32,000 bases of DNA, taken from the NCBI RefSeq assembly GCF_001457595.1, contig NZ_LN831039.1, positions 4,680,001 to 4,712,000 of the forward strand. The letters are read 5' to 3'. Below, piece after piece: positions 8,945 to 17,956 of the stretch; position 1 is the first letter of the stretch; each line of letters begins with the position of its first letter. The notes below the pieces were generated by a model that worked only from the letters and a program-made list of their open reading frames with translations, was not told the origin of the DNA and searched no databases. The position numbers and the translations under genes were made by a program. This DNA comes from Mycolicibacterium smegmatis (GTDB lineage Bacteria; Actinomycetota; Actinomycetes; Mycobacteriales; Mycobacteriaceae).

Positions 8945-10402
8945 TCAGACCGGCAGCAGCCCGTCGATCACCGCGGCGAGCTGCTTGGCGGAGCGGCACT
9001 CGTGCATGGGGATGATGTCCTGGTACTTCGGCACCGCGGAGTCGCCGCTGCCCCACAGGTGCCTGGGCTCGGGATTGAGCCAGTGTGCGTGACGGCTGGC
9101 CGCGACCATGTGCGCGAGCAACTCGGCCTCGGGGTTGCGGTAATTGTTGCGGCCGTCGCCGAGCACCAGCAACGAGCTGCGCGGCGACAGTGCGTTGGGG
9201 TACTTGTCCAGGAACGACACGAACGCGTGCCCGTAGTCGGAGTGCCCGTCGCGTGTGTAGACGCCGGCCTCGCGGGTGATGCGCTGCACGGCCACCGCCA
9301 GATCCGCCTCGGGGCCGAACAGGTCGGTGACCTCGTCGGTGGTGTCGATGAAGGCGAACACGCGCACGCGGGAGAACTGCTGGCGCAGCGCCGAGACGAG
9401 CATGAGGGTGAAGTGGCTGAAACCGGCCACCGACCCGGACACGTCGCACAGCACGGCCAGCTCGGGCCGCGCCGGGTGCGGCTTCTTGAGCACGACGTCG
9501 ATGGGCACCCCGCCCGTGGACATGGACTTGCGCAGCGTCTTGCGCAGGTCGATTTCGCCCGCGCGGGCCCGCCGCCTGCGCGCCGCGAGCCGCGTGGCCA
9601 GCGTGCGGGCCAGCGGCTGCACGGTCTTGCGCATCTGGCGCAGTTGTTCACCCGAGGCCCGCAGGAACTCGACGTTCTCCGACAGCTGCGGCACGCCGTA
9701 CATCTGCACGTGCCCGCGGCCCAGCTGTTCGGCGGTGCGGCGTTTGGTCTCGTTCTCGACCATCTTGCGCAGCTGCGCGATGCGCTGCGCGGCCAGCGCC
9801 TTGGCGATCTCCTCCTGTGTGGGCGTCGGCTCGTCGCCGTAGGGCGCGAGCAGACCCGCCAGCAGCCGGCCCTCCAGATCGTCGAGGCTCATGGCCTTGA
9901 GCGCCTGGTACGACGAGTACGACGGTCCGCGGCTGGAGGTGTAGCGGCCGTAGGCCTCCACGATCTGCGCGATCAGCGTCGCGAGCCGGTCGTCGAGATT
10001 GGCCAGTTCCTCGTTGTCGGCGAGCATCTGCACGAGCATCTCGCGCATCGCCTCGATGTCCTCTGGGGGCAGCTGGGGTGTCTTCCCGGTGCCCTCGCCG
10101 TCGGCGTCGGATTCGTCGTCGAGCACCGTGCGCGCGCCCAGGGCGGCCGGGAAGAACAGGTCGAACAACGCGTCGTAGGTGTCACGGTGATCGGCGCGGC
10201 GCAGCACCGCGCACGCGATGCCCTCGCGTAGCGCCTCCCGGTTACCCAGACCCAGCACCGTGAGCACCCGGCCTGCGTCGACGGTCTCCGACGGGCCGAC
10301 CGAGATACCTTGCCCGCGAAGGGCTTCGACGAACTCGACGAGGTGCCCCGGCAGGCCGTGCGGGGCCAGCGGCTGCGGGGGTCTGACCCGGCGGGGAGCC
10401 AT
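8945..10402 (-). CDS. VWA-domain protein of the CoxE type (partner of a MoxR ATPase)
   Basis: 485 aa. The C-terminal third carries a MIDAS-type DxSxS motif ([14 protein letters not shown]), and the N-terminus resembles CoxE-like proteins ([24 protein letters not shown]). It starts 12 nt after the MoxR stop. Confidence 0.8.
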   Translation of the reverse strand: MAPRRVRPPQPLAPHGLPGHLVEFVEALRGQGISVGPSETVDAGRVLTVLGLGNREALREGIACAVLRRADHRDTYDALFDLFFPAALGARTVLDDESDADGEGTGKTPQLPPEDIEAMREMLVQMLADNEELANLDDRLATLIAQIVEAYGRYTSSRGPSYSSYQALKAMSLDDLEGRLLAGLLAPYGDEPTPTQEEIAKALAAQRIAQLRKMVENETKRRTAEQLGRGHVQMYGVPQLSENVEFLRASGEQLRQMRKTVQPLARTLATRLAARRRRARAGEIDLRKTLRKSMSTGGVPIDVVLKKPHPARPELAVLCDVSGSVAGFSHFTLMLVSALRQQFSRVRVFAFIDTTDEVTDLFGPEADLAVAVQRITREAGVYTRDGHSDYGHAFVSFLDKYPNALSPRSSLLVLGDGRNNYRNPEAELLAHMVAASRHAHWLNPEPRHLWGSGDSAVPKYQDIIPMHECRSAKQLAAVIDGLLPV

Positions 10403-10414
10403 CAGCGCACCCGG

Positions 10415-11311
10415 TCAGTTCAGCTTGAGCTCGCCGGCGGCGCGCTGCTGATCGGACTGGTGTTTGAGGATCACGCCGAGCGTCGCGGCGATCATCTCGT
10501 CGTCGATGGTGTCCATGCCCAGCGCCAGCACCGTGCGGCCCCAGTCGATGGTCTCGGCGACCGACGGCAGCTTCTTGAGCTGCATGCCGCGCAGCACGCC
10601 GATGATCCGCACGAGTTCCGAGGCGATGTGTTCGGGCAGCTCGGGCACCCGCGACAGCAGGATGCGCCGTTCGAGGTCGGGATCGGGGAAGTCGATGTGC
10701 AGGAACAGGCAGCGCCGTTTGAGCGCCTCGGACAGCTCGCGGGTGGCGTTGGAGGTCAGCACGACGAACGGGGGCCGCTCGGCGGTGATGGTGCCGAGTT
10801 CCGGCACGGTGACCGCGAAGTCGCTGAGCACCTCAAGCAGCAGGCCCTCGATCTCGATGTCGGCCTTGTCGGTCTCGTCGATCAGCAGCACCGTGGGGTC
10901 GGTGCGCTTGATCGCGGTGAGCAGCGGACGGGTCAGCAGGAACTCCTCGCTGAACACGTCGGTCTTGGTCTGCTCCCAGGCGTCGCTGTCGCCGGCCGCC
11001 GCCGCGTTTCCGGCCTGGATGCGCAGGATCTGCTTGGCGTGGTTCCACTCGTAGAGCGCACGGGCCTCGTCGACGCCCTCGTAACACTGCAGGCGCACCA
11101 GTTCACTTCCCGTGCACTGCGCGACGGCGCGGGCCAGTTCGGTCTTGCCGACACCGGCCGGGCCCTCGACGAGCAGCGGCTTGCCGAGCCGGTCGGCCAG
11201 GAAGACCGCCGTGGCGGTCGCGGTGTCGGGCAGGTAGCCGGTCTCGGCCAGCTTGCGCGCGACGTCGTCGATGTCGGCGAACAGCGGTGCCGGGCGTGCG
11301 GGCACGCTCAT
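10415..11311 (-). CDS. MoxR-class AAA+ ATPase (CoxD-like subfamily)
   Basis: 298 aa with Walker A LLVEGPAGVGKTEL and Walker B VLLIDETDKAD. A strong SD, AGGAGA (complement of 11316-11321), lies 4 nt before the ATG. Confidence 0.85.
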   Translation of the reverse strand: MSVPARPAPLFADIDDVARKLAETGYLPDTATATAVFLADRLGKPLLVEGPAGVGKTELARAVAQCTGSELVRLQCYEGVDEARALYEWNHAKQILRIQAGNAAAAGDSDAWEQTKTDVFSEEFLLTRPLLTAIKRTDPTVLLIDETDKADIEIEGLLLEVLSDFAVTVPELGTITAERPPFVVLTSNATRELSEALKRRCLFLHIDFPDPDLERRILLSRVPELPEHIASELVRIIGVLRGMQLKKLPSVAETIDWGRTVLALGMDTIDDEMIAATLGVILKHQSDQQRAAGELKLN

Positions 11312-11350
11312 ATGCTCTCCTGGTCTCTCGGGCGGCTCTTGCGGCCGGCC

Positions 11351-12625
11351 TCAGGCGGGTCTGATCTGACCGTCGCCCCACACGATCCATTTGGTCGAGG
11401 TCAGTTCGGGCAGTCCCATCGGCCCACGGGCGTGCAGCTTCTGGGTGGAGATGCCGATTTCCGCGCCGAAACCGAACTGTTCCCCGTCGGTGAACGAGGT
11501 CGACGCGTTCACCATCACCGCGGCGGCGTCCACACGCTCGGTGAAGCGTTGTGCCGCAGCGAGATCCGTGGTCACGATGGCCTCGGTGTGGCCCGTGCCG
11601 TAGGTGTTGATGTGGTCGATCGCCGCGTCGAGGCCATCGACCACCGCGAGCGCGATGTCCATCGACAGGAACTCCGCGCGCAGTTCGTCCTCGGTGGGAT
11701 CGGCGTGCACCGTGACACCGGCGTCCTGCAGGGCCTTGACCAGCCGCGGGAGCGCGGTGTCGGTGAGCGCGCGGTCCACCAGCAGTGTCTCGGCGGCGTT
11801 GCACACGCTGGGCCTGCGGGTCTTGGCGTTCAGCAGGATCTTCTCGGCCATGTCGATGTCGGCCGAGGAGTGAACGTAGACATGGCAATTGCCGACGCCG
11901 GTCTCGATGGTGGGAACCTGCGCGTCGCGGACGACCGCGTCGATCAGACCCGCGCCGCCGCGCGGGATCACCACGTCGACCAGCCCGCGGGCCTGGATCA
12001 GATGCGTGACGCTCGCACGGTCCTGGCTGGGCAGCAGTTGCACGGCGTCGAGCGGCAGCCCCTCCTCGGCCAGCGCGGACCGCAGGGCGTCCACGAGCGC
12101 CTGATTCGACCGGGCCGCCGACGAACTCCCGCGCAGCAGCGCGGCATTGCCGGATTTCAGCGTCAGCCCGAAGGCGTCCACGGTGACGTTGGGCCTGCCC
12201 TCGTAGACCATGCCCACCACACCGAGCGGCACCCGCTGCTGACGCAACTGCAGACCGTTGGGCAGGGTCTTGCCGCGCAGCACCTCGCCCACCGGATCCG
12301 GCAGGGCCGCGACCTGGCGCAACCCCGCGGCGATCCCGTCGACACGTTGCGGATTGAGGGCCAGACGGTCGATCATCGCCTCGGGTGTGCCGCCCTGACG
12401 TGCGGCATCGACATCGGCGGCGTTCGCCGCAAGCACCGCGTCGACGTTTGCCAGCACACTGTCGGCCGCGGCGTGCAGTGCACGGTTCTTCGCCTCGGCG
12501 CTCAGGGTCGCCAGCGTCCTGGCGGCCACCCGGGCGCGCCGTGCGGCGCTGTGGACCTGTTCACGAAGGTCGGCCGGTTCCTGAGTATCGACGGCACCGG
12601 ATCTCGACTGCGCTTCCACGCTCAT
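11351..12625 (-). CDS. proA: Gamma-glutamyl phosphate reductase
   Basis: 424 aa in the aldehyde-dehydrogenase-like ProA pattern ([20 protein letters not shown] ... [33 protein letters not shown]). Confidence 0.92.
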   Translation of the reverse strand: MSVEAQSRSGAVDTQEPADLREQVHSAARRARVAARTLATLSAEAKNRALHAAADSVLANVDAVLAANAADVDAARQGGTPEAMIDRLALNPQRVDGIAAGLRQVAALPDPVGEVLRGKTLPNGLQLRQQRVPLGVVGMVYEGRPNVTVDAFGLTLKSGNAALLRGSSSAARSNQALVDALRSALAEEGLPLDAVQLLPSQDRASVTHLIQARGLVDVVIPRGGAGLIDAVVRDAQVPTIETGVGNCHVYVHSSADIDMAEKILLNAKTRRPSVCNAAETLLVDRALTDTALPRLVKALQDAGVTVHADPTEDELRAEFLSMDIALAVVDGLDAAIDHINTYGTGHTEAIVTTDLAAAQRFTERVDAAAVMVNASTSFTDGEQFGFGAEIGISTQKLHARGPMGLPELTSTKWIVWGDGQIRPA

Positions 12626-12631
12626 TCAGCC

Positions 12632-12637
12632 AGCGTA
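12632..12637 (-). promoter_or_regulatory. Candidate -10 hexamer TACGCT, 6 nt upstream of the proA ATG (leaderless-type promoter)
   Basis: Plus-strand agcgta at 12632-12637 gives TACGCT on the minus strand. This places the TSS on the A of the ATG at 12625. Confidence 0.45.
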
Positions 12638-12667
12638 TCCGACCTGTTGGCACCGTTCCCATGGAGG

Positions 12668-12681
12668 CTGACAGGTGTCAG
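12668..12681. promoter_or_regulatory. Perfect 14-bp palindrome CTGACA-GG-TGTCAG in the proA/rbsK divergent region; candidate operator
   Basis: Read directly from the sequence: ctgacaggtgtcag, with 6-bp arms and a 2-bp centre. It lies about 43-56 nt upstream of the predicted proA TSS. Confidence 0.4.
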
Positions 12682-12726
12682 CGACCCGCCGGGCCCGGAA
12701 CCAGGGCAAGGCGGTGCGCTCTGGTC

Positions 12727-12732
12727 TAGCGT
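12727..12732 (+). promoter_or_regulatory. Candidate -10 hexamer TAGCGT, 8 nt upstream of the rbsK ATG
   Basis: tagcgt at 12727-12732 and ATG at 12741 imply a leader of 0-2 nt. Confidence 0.4.
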
Positions 12733-12740
12733 GATCGGTT

Positions 12741-13601
12741 ATGGGCGCTGCGCGGGTTTGCGTCGTCGGGAGCATCAACGCCGACCTCACGTTCACCGTT
12801 GCGAACCTGCCACGCCCGGGTCAGACCGTGCTGGCGTCGTCACTCGCGTCGGCACCCGGCGGCAAGGGCGGCAATCAGGCGGTGGCCGCGGCCCGCGCGG
12901 GGGCGGCCACGTCGCTGGTCGCCGCGGTCGGTGACGACGCCGCCGCGGAATCGCTTCGCGCGCACCTACGGGCCAACGGCGTCGACGAGGACGCTGTGGT
13001 GAGCCTCGCTGGACCGAGCGGTTCGGCGGCGATCGTGGTCGACGCGGCAGGCGAGAACCACATCGTCGTCGCGCCCGGCGCCAACGCGCTGCTCGACGTC
13101 GACGCGCCTGCGGCCCGCGCGGCGATCGGTTCGGCCGACGTGGTGCTGCTGCAACTGGAGATCTCCCCCACCACGGCCATCGCGGCCGCGCAGCAGGCCC
13201 GCGATGCCGGGGCGCTCGTCATGCTCAACGCCTCGCCGGTCGGCACCGCAGCCCATCACCTGCTGGCGCTGTCGCACCTGACCGACGTGGTCGTGGTCAA
13301 CGAGACCGAGGCCGCCGAATGGCACTGGCCGGTGCGGCACCTGGTGATCACGCGGGGCGCGCGCGGTGCGAGCTACGTGTCCGACGACGAGCGGTTCGAC
13401 GTGCCCGCACTGCGGGTGCGGGCCGTGGACACCACCGGTGCCGGCGACGTGTTCGCGGGCGTGCTGGCCGCCGGATGGCCGGCCGGTCACGAGCATGCAC
13501 TGCAACGTGCCTGCGCCGCGGGGGCATTGGCGACGCTGGTGCGCGGCGCCGGGGACTGCGCACCGTCCGCGGCCGACATCGATGCCGTGCTGACGCCGTG
13601 A
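12741..13601 (+). CDS. rbsK: Ribokinase (PfkB family)
   Basis: 286 aa with VCVVGSINADL, GGKGGNQAVAAARAG and the C-terminal DTTGAGDVFAG PfkB signature. Confidence 0.85.
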   Translation: MGAARVCVVGSINADLTFTVANLPRPGQTVLASSLASAPGGKGGNQAVAAARAGAATSLVAAVGDDAAAESLRAHLRANGVDEDAVVSLAGPSGSAAIVVDAAGENHIVVAPGANALLDVDAPAARAAIGSADVVLLQLEISPTTAIAAAQQARDAGALVMLNASPVGTAAHHLLALSHLTDVVVVNETEAAEWHWPVRHLVITRGARGASYVSDDERFDVPALRVRAVDTTGAGDVFAGVLAAGWPAGHEHALQRACAAGALATLVRGAGDCAPSAADIDAVLTP

Positions 13602-13605
13602 ACGT

Positions 13606-14667
13606 CTACCTGGCCGCGGCGGTGAGTGGACCCGTCGCCTTCTGCGCGTCGTTGTAGCGGGGGTCGTACTCGATGGCGACGTCGACGTGTTTCTTGACCA
13701 CGCCCGCGTCGAACAGTGTGTCGGCGACGCCCTGCTCCTCTGCGACGAGTTCGCTGTCGAGTTTGCGGAAACCCTCACCGCGGACCTGGTATTCGAATGC
13801 GGCCCGCTCATCGGTGAGCTTGAGCGTCGACTTCAGCGTCTGCGTGACCTCGTCGGGATTGGCCTTGTACCAGTCCCAGAACCCGGACAGCCGCCCGAAG
13901 AAGTCCTGCAGCGCCTCGTCCTTGGCGGGGTCGGCCAGCACGTCGGTGCGTGCGGTCCACACGTTGAGCGCCGGAATCTCGGTGTCGCGGTCGGTCAGCA
14001 GGATCTTGGCGTCCCCTCTGCTCAGCGACTCCAGGATCGCGCCGTGGCTGCCCGAGAACACGTCGACCTGACCCGAGTTGAATGCCGCGGCCGAGGCGTT
14101 GCCGTCGTTGAACTTGACCGGTTCGACGTCGGATTCGCTCAGCCCCGCGATCGCGAGCGACGCCAGGTACTGGCCGTGGTTGTACCCTCCGAAGTTGTAG
14201 CCCCACGAGTGCCCGCGCAGATCCGCCGGGCTGTCGATGTTCGCACTGGTGCGTACCGCGGTGACCAGCGGTGGGTAGCGCGGGTCGAAGTTGTTGCGCC
14301 AGCCCGCGATGATCTTGAGCGGCACGGTCTGTTCGGTCCACTCGGTGGGGGCGTTGGCCTGTTCGATGGTCAGCGACGTGTCGCCCATGTGGCCGACGTC
14401 GATGGTCTTGCCGTACAAGGCCGACAGATTGGCCGCCGGACCGGCCAGGATCGCCCATTCGACATCGTACGGCGTGCCGTCGAGTACCCCGGATTGCTTG
14501 ATCAGCGACGGGATTCCGTTGTCCTGGTAGGCGATCACCAGTTTGGTCCTGCCATCGTCACTGCCGGATGAGCATCCGGTGAGCACGGCGGCACCCGTCA
14601 CGAGGGCCGCCGCGGCGGCGAGGGTGCGTTTGAGAAGGGTTCGGGTGTCGGTCCGCATGTTTTTCAC
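13606..14667 (-). CDS. ABC-transporter substrate-binding lipoprotein, SsuA/TauA/NMT1-like (sulfonate-type)
   Basis: 353 aa with signal peptide and lipobox (AAVLTGCSSGS). The fold pattern resembles aliphatic-sulfonate binding proteins. The GTG start overlaps the ATPase stop (GTGA at 14664-14667), and ATG 14658 is an alternative start. Confidence 0.75.
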   Translation of the reverse strand: MKNMRTDTRTLLKRTLAAAAALVTGAAVLTGCSSGSDDGRTKLVIAYQDNGIPSLIKQSGVLDGTPYDVEWAILAGPAANLSALYGKTIDVGHMGDTSLTIEQANAPTEWTEQTVPLKIIAGWRNNFDPRYPPLVTAVRTSANIDSPADLRGHSWGYNFGGYNHGQYLASLAIAGLSESDVEPVKFNDGNASAAAFNSGQVDVFSGSHGAILESLSRGDAKILLTDRDTEIPALNVWTARTDVLADPAKDEALQDFFGRLSGFWDWYKANPDEVTQTLKSTLKLTDERAAFEYQVRGEGFRKLDSELVAEEQGVADTLFDAGVVKKHVDVAIEYDPRYNDAQKATGPLTAAAR

Positions 14668-15413
14668 TGTCCTGCGCTGTCCTGCTGGGCTTCTGGGGAG
14701 GGTATGGCGAGGCTGTTGAGCACCGCGCGTTTGATGTCGTTGAACTCGGCGGACGTGACGTCACGGGGCCGGTCGAGATGCACCGGGATGTCGGCCTGGA
14801 TGGTTCCGTGGCCGAGCACCACGATGCGGTCGGCGAGCAGCACGGCCTCTTCGATGTCGTGGGTGACCAGCAGCACGCCGACCTGGTGCTCCTGCCACAG
14901 CGTGGTGACGAGATCCTGTGCGGTCCTGCGGGTGAAGGCGTCGAGGGCGCCGAACGGTTCGTCGAGCAGGAGCAGTTCGGGTGAGCGGAACAGCGCCCGC
15001 GCCAGGCCGACGCGCTGCGCCTCGCCACCGGAGAGGCTCTTGGGCCAGGCCTTGGCCTTGTCGGCAAGTCCGACCTCGGTCAGCGCGTCGAGGGCCCGGC
15101 GGTACACCTCGTCGGAGCGGGATGTGCTCAGCACCACGTTCTTCCACACCCGTTGCGCCTGAATCAGGCGCGGCTCCTGGAACACCACCGAGGAGCGGGG
15201 TGTGATGCGCAGGTGCCCCGATGTCGCGTCCTCCAGTCCGGCCAGGATCCGCAGCAGTGTGGTCTTGCCGGTGCCGGACCGGCCCAGCAGTGCCACGAAC
15301 TCGCCCTTGCGGACCGTCAGCGCGAAATCGTCGAGGATGACCTGGTTGCCGAATTGCTTTGACAATCCGTTCAACTCGATGACCGTCTGCGAGGGGGCAT
15401 CAGTGACCGTCAT
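14664..15413 (-). CDS. ABC-transporter ATP-binding protein (SsuB/TauB-like)
   Basis: 249 aa with Walker A LLGRSGTGKTT, signature LSGGEAQRVGLARAL and Walker B LLLLDEPFGALD. Confidence 0.9.
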   Translation of the reverse strand: MTVTDAPSQTVIELNGLSKQFGNQVILDDFALTVRKGEFVALLGRSGTGKTTLLRILAGLEDATSGHLRITPRSSVVFQEPRLIQAQRVWKNVVLSTSRSDEVYRRALDALTEVGLADKAKAWPKSLSGGEAQRVGLARALFRSPELLLLDEPFGALDAFTRRTAQDLVTTLWQEHQVGVLLVTHDIEEAVLLADRIVVLGHGTIQADIPVHLDRPRDVTSAEFNDIKRAVLNSLAIPSPEAQQDSAGQ

Positions 15414-16290
15414 GGGTGGCCCTCCACGGCAGTGCGGCGCGTTCGATCAGACGCATGATCACGTCGACGAGGATGCCGAGCGCGGCGTAGACCAGGATGC
15501 CCGCGATGATGATGTCGGTGCGCTGGAACTGGTTGGCGGTGTTGAGGATGTAGCCGATGCCTGAGGTGGTGTTGATCTGCTCGGCGGCCACCAGCGCCAG
15601 CAGCGCGGTGCCTGCCGCGTACCGCCATCCGACGAGGATCGACGGCATCGCCAACGGAACCACCACGAGCCGGATGGTCTCCCGCCGGCTCAGCGCGAAC
15701 GTCTGCCCGACCTCCAGCAGCTTGCGGTCGATGGCGCGGATGCCGTGGTAGGTGTTCAGGTACACCGGGAAGATCGACGCGCCGACGATCAGCGCCACCT
15801 TGGATTCCTCGCCGATCCCGAACCACACCACGAACAGCGGGACCATCGCGATGAACGGGATGGTGCGCAGCATCTGCAGCGGCGCGTCGTAGATGCGCTC
15901 GGCGACGGCCCACAGGCCCGCGGCGACGCCGAGCACCAGCCCGGTGATGCCGCCGATCAGCAGGCCGAGCCCGGCACGCTGCAGCGAGATGGGCAGCGCC
16001 GCTTGCAGATCACCGATCTGCCACAGCTCGCGGTAGCTCTGCAGGATGGTCAGTGGGCCCGGCAACACGCTCGGGCTCACCAGCTCCCATGCGGCGGCCA
16101 CCTGCCAGGCCACCAGCAGCAGGACCGGCACGACAAAGCGGATCCCGACGCTGAGCCTGCGGGTTCTGCCCCGGCGGGATTCGGATGCGCTCGGGCGAAA
16201 GTCGCGTTCGACGACCGTCGGGGAATCAGGCGTGGTGGTGTCGTCGGTCTCGGGTGGTCCGGCACGGACCACGGTAACGGTGTCGGTCAT
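15400..16290 (-). CDS. ABC-transporter permease (SsuC/TauC-like, BPD-transport family)
   Basis: 296-aa multi-TM protein containing the EAA-type loop region (EVGQTFALSRRETIRLVVVPLAMPSIL). It overlaps the ATPase by 14 nt and the rhodanese gene by 4 nt (ATGA at 16287-16290). Confidence 0.85.
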   Translation of the reverse strand: MTDTVTVVRAGPPETDDTTTPDSPTVVERDFRPSASESRRGRTRRLSVGIRFVVPVLLLVAWQVAAAWELVSPSVLPGPLTILQSYRELWQIGDLQAALPISLQRAGLGLLIGGITGLVLGVAAGLWAVAERIYDAPLQMLRTIPFIAMVPLFVVWFGIGEESKVALIVGASIFPVYLNTYHGIRAIDRKLLEVGQTFALSRRETIRLVVVPLAMPSILVGWRYAAGTALLALVAAEQINTTSGIGYILNTANQFQRTDIIIAGILVYAALGILVDVIMRLIERAALPWRATHDGH

Positions 16291-17843
16291 TTGCCGCCCA
16301 CCGCCTCGAAGTCGAAGAACGGGTCACCCTCGGTTTCCTTGAGCAGTGCGAGTTCCCACGCGAAGTACGCCTCGTACCAGGCGTCGCGTTCGGGGCCGAA
16401 GTCCGGCGGGCCGGTACGGTCGGCGATCTCGCCCGCGTGGCGGGGGTCGGCGTCGGTGAGCTGATCGGCCACCGCCTCGATCCCGCCGGCGAGCACCCGG
16501 ACGTCGCCGTCGAGACCCGCGACGAGGTGTTCGGCGGCGAAATCGGCATCGCCGATCAGGACGACGGTCGCGCCGTCGGCCGCCGCGACGATGTCGGCGA
16601 GGTGTTCGCGTCGCGCGTGCACCGAACCCCGAAGGTGCCCGGCCGCGTACTGCGACGACGAGCGCACGTCGACCAATTGTGCGGAGTCCAGCGTCGCGAG
16701 CTCTGCCGCGGTGACAGTGGGCACCTCGGGTGCGGCGATCGACAACCGGTTGGACCGCTTCAGGTCCCCGCCGGTACCGTCCGGGTTCACCGCGACCACC
16801 GTCAGCGGTCCGTCATGCAGGTAGCGCAGCCACTGCACGGTGTTGGCGGCACGCACGAAGTCGGCTGTGTCGGCGAGCACCACGCGACCCCTGTGCACCG
16901 CCACATAGTCGTCGGTGGCCTGCACGAGCTGACCACCCGGCGCGGAAACCGCTGCGGTGAAGTGACCTTCGGCGTACTCGCCGGGTGACCGGACGTCGAG
17001 CAGGTACGTCACCGAGGTGGTGTCGTCGAGATACCGCTGTGCCTGCCCGATGTCAATGACGACGGCGCCCGCCTCGGCAAGCGTGCGCCGCGCCCAGTCG
17101 GTGAGTTCCGGCGACACGGTCGCAGGGGCGGGCAGTTCGGAGCCCGCACCGTATTCCAGCGGGCGGCCCGACCGCTGCCACGCCGGGGTCCCGTTGTGCA
17201 GCGAGAACACCGGGTTGGCGATGCCCGTGTTGATCAGCGACTGCGCGCCGACGATGCCGCGGGTGCGGCCCTGGCAGTTGATCACCACCTTGGTTTTCGC
17301 GTTGTCGATCACCTGCGCTGCGCGGTATGCGATCTCGGCGCCACCACCGGTGTTGTGACCGCCGGGGATGTGGTGATGGCGGTACTCGGCAGGTGTGCGG
17401 CTGTCGAGGAACACGACGTCCTCACCTGCCGCGCGCCACGCGTCGACGGTCTCGCCGTCGACGGTCGGGGTGCCGTAGGTGTGCTCGATCCATTCACCGA
17501 GGGTCTTACTGCGCACATTGGTGCCGGTGTAGACGCGCCCGCCTGCGCTCTTCCAGCCGTCGAGGCCGTCGGCGAGCACCGACACGTCTCGGTATCCGAG
17601 GCGTTCGAGCAACTCGGCGCCGCGCTCGTCGAGTTCGGGGCGGCTCGCGAGCACGATGGGTGTCGAGGTGAGCGGCACCAGGTCGGCGATGTGCTGCTCA
17701 ACGTCGTGCCAGGGCAACCCCGCGCTGACCGCGATGTGGCCGTTGCTGCGCTCCAGGGGGCTGCGCAGGTCGAGCAGGGCAATCTGACGAGCGGAGTTCT
17801 GCAGGGTATCGAGCAGCTCCGCAGCTGTGATGCGTTGCGCCAT
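16287..17843 (-). CDS. Multi-domain rhodanese-like sulfurtransferase: four rhodanese repeats with a single catalytic Cys in repeat 2, plus a ~70-aa C-terminal extension
   Basis: 518 aa. Repeat 2 has FLDSRTPAEYRHHHIPGGHN ... VVINCQGRTRG, and Cys190 (complement of 17274-17276) is the only Cys in the protein. Repeats 1, 3 and 4 have the rhodanese layout but Ser/Asp at the catalytic position (VLASRPELDERG, VVLADTADFVRA, VVLIGDADFAAE). The SD GAGGAA lies 5 nt before the ATG. Confidence 0.8.
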   Translation of the reverse strand: MAQRITAAELLDTLQNSARQIALLDLRSPLERSNGHIAVSAGLPWHDVEQHIADLVPLTSTPIVLASRPELDERGAELLERLGYRDVSVLADGLDGWKSAGGRVYTGTNVRSKTLGEWIEHTYGTPTVDGETVDAWRAAGEDVVFLDSRTPAEYRHHHIPGGHNTGGGAEIAYRAAQVIDNAKTKVVINCQGRTRGIVGAQSLINTGIANPVFSLHNGTPAWQRSGRPLEYGAGSELPAPATVSPELTDWARRTLAEAGAVVIDIGQAQRYLDDTTSVTYLLDVRSPGEYAEGHFTAAVSAPGGQLVQATDDYVAVHRGRVVLADTADFVRAANTVQWLRYLHDGPLTVVAVNPDGTGGDLKRSNRLSIAAPEVPTVTAAELATLDSAQLVDVRSSSQYAAGHLRGSVHARREHLADIVAAADGATVVLIGDADFAAEHLVAGLDGDVRVLAGGIEAVADQLTDADPRHAGEIADRTGPPDFGPERDAWYEAYFAWELALLKETEGDPFFDFEAVGGK

Positions 17844-17956
17844 GGACGTTCCTCACTGATGTGTTGTCGGCTGTTTTGTTCTCTAGCCAAGTGCGGGCCA
17901 CCATGCCGGTCGCCGGTGGCGTGCGCGATGGTTGTCCTCATCGGGATTCGAAGCAG

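Noticed and set aside
17897-17920. The small inverted repeat GCCACC...GGTGGC in the LLM-rhodanese spacer as an intrinsic terminator.
   Set aside because: It has only 6-bp arms, a 12-nt loop and no U-tract. This is weak evidence, and the two genes may well be co-transcribed.
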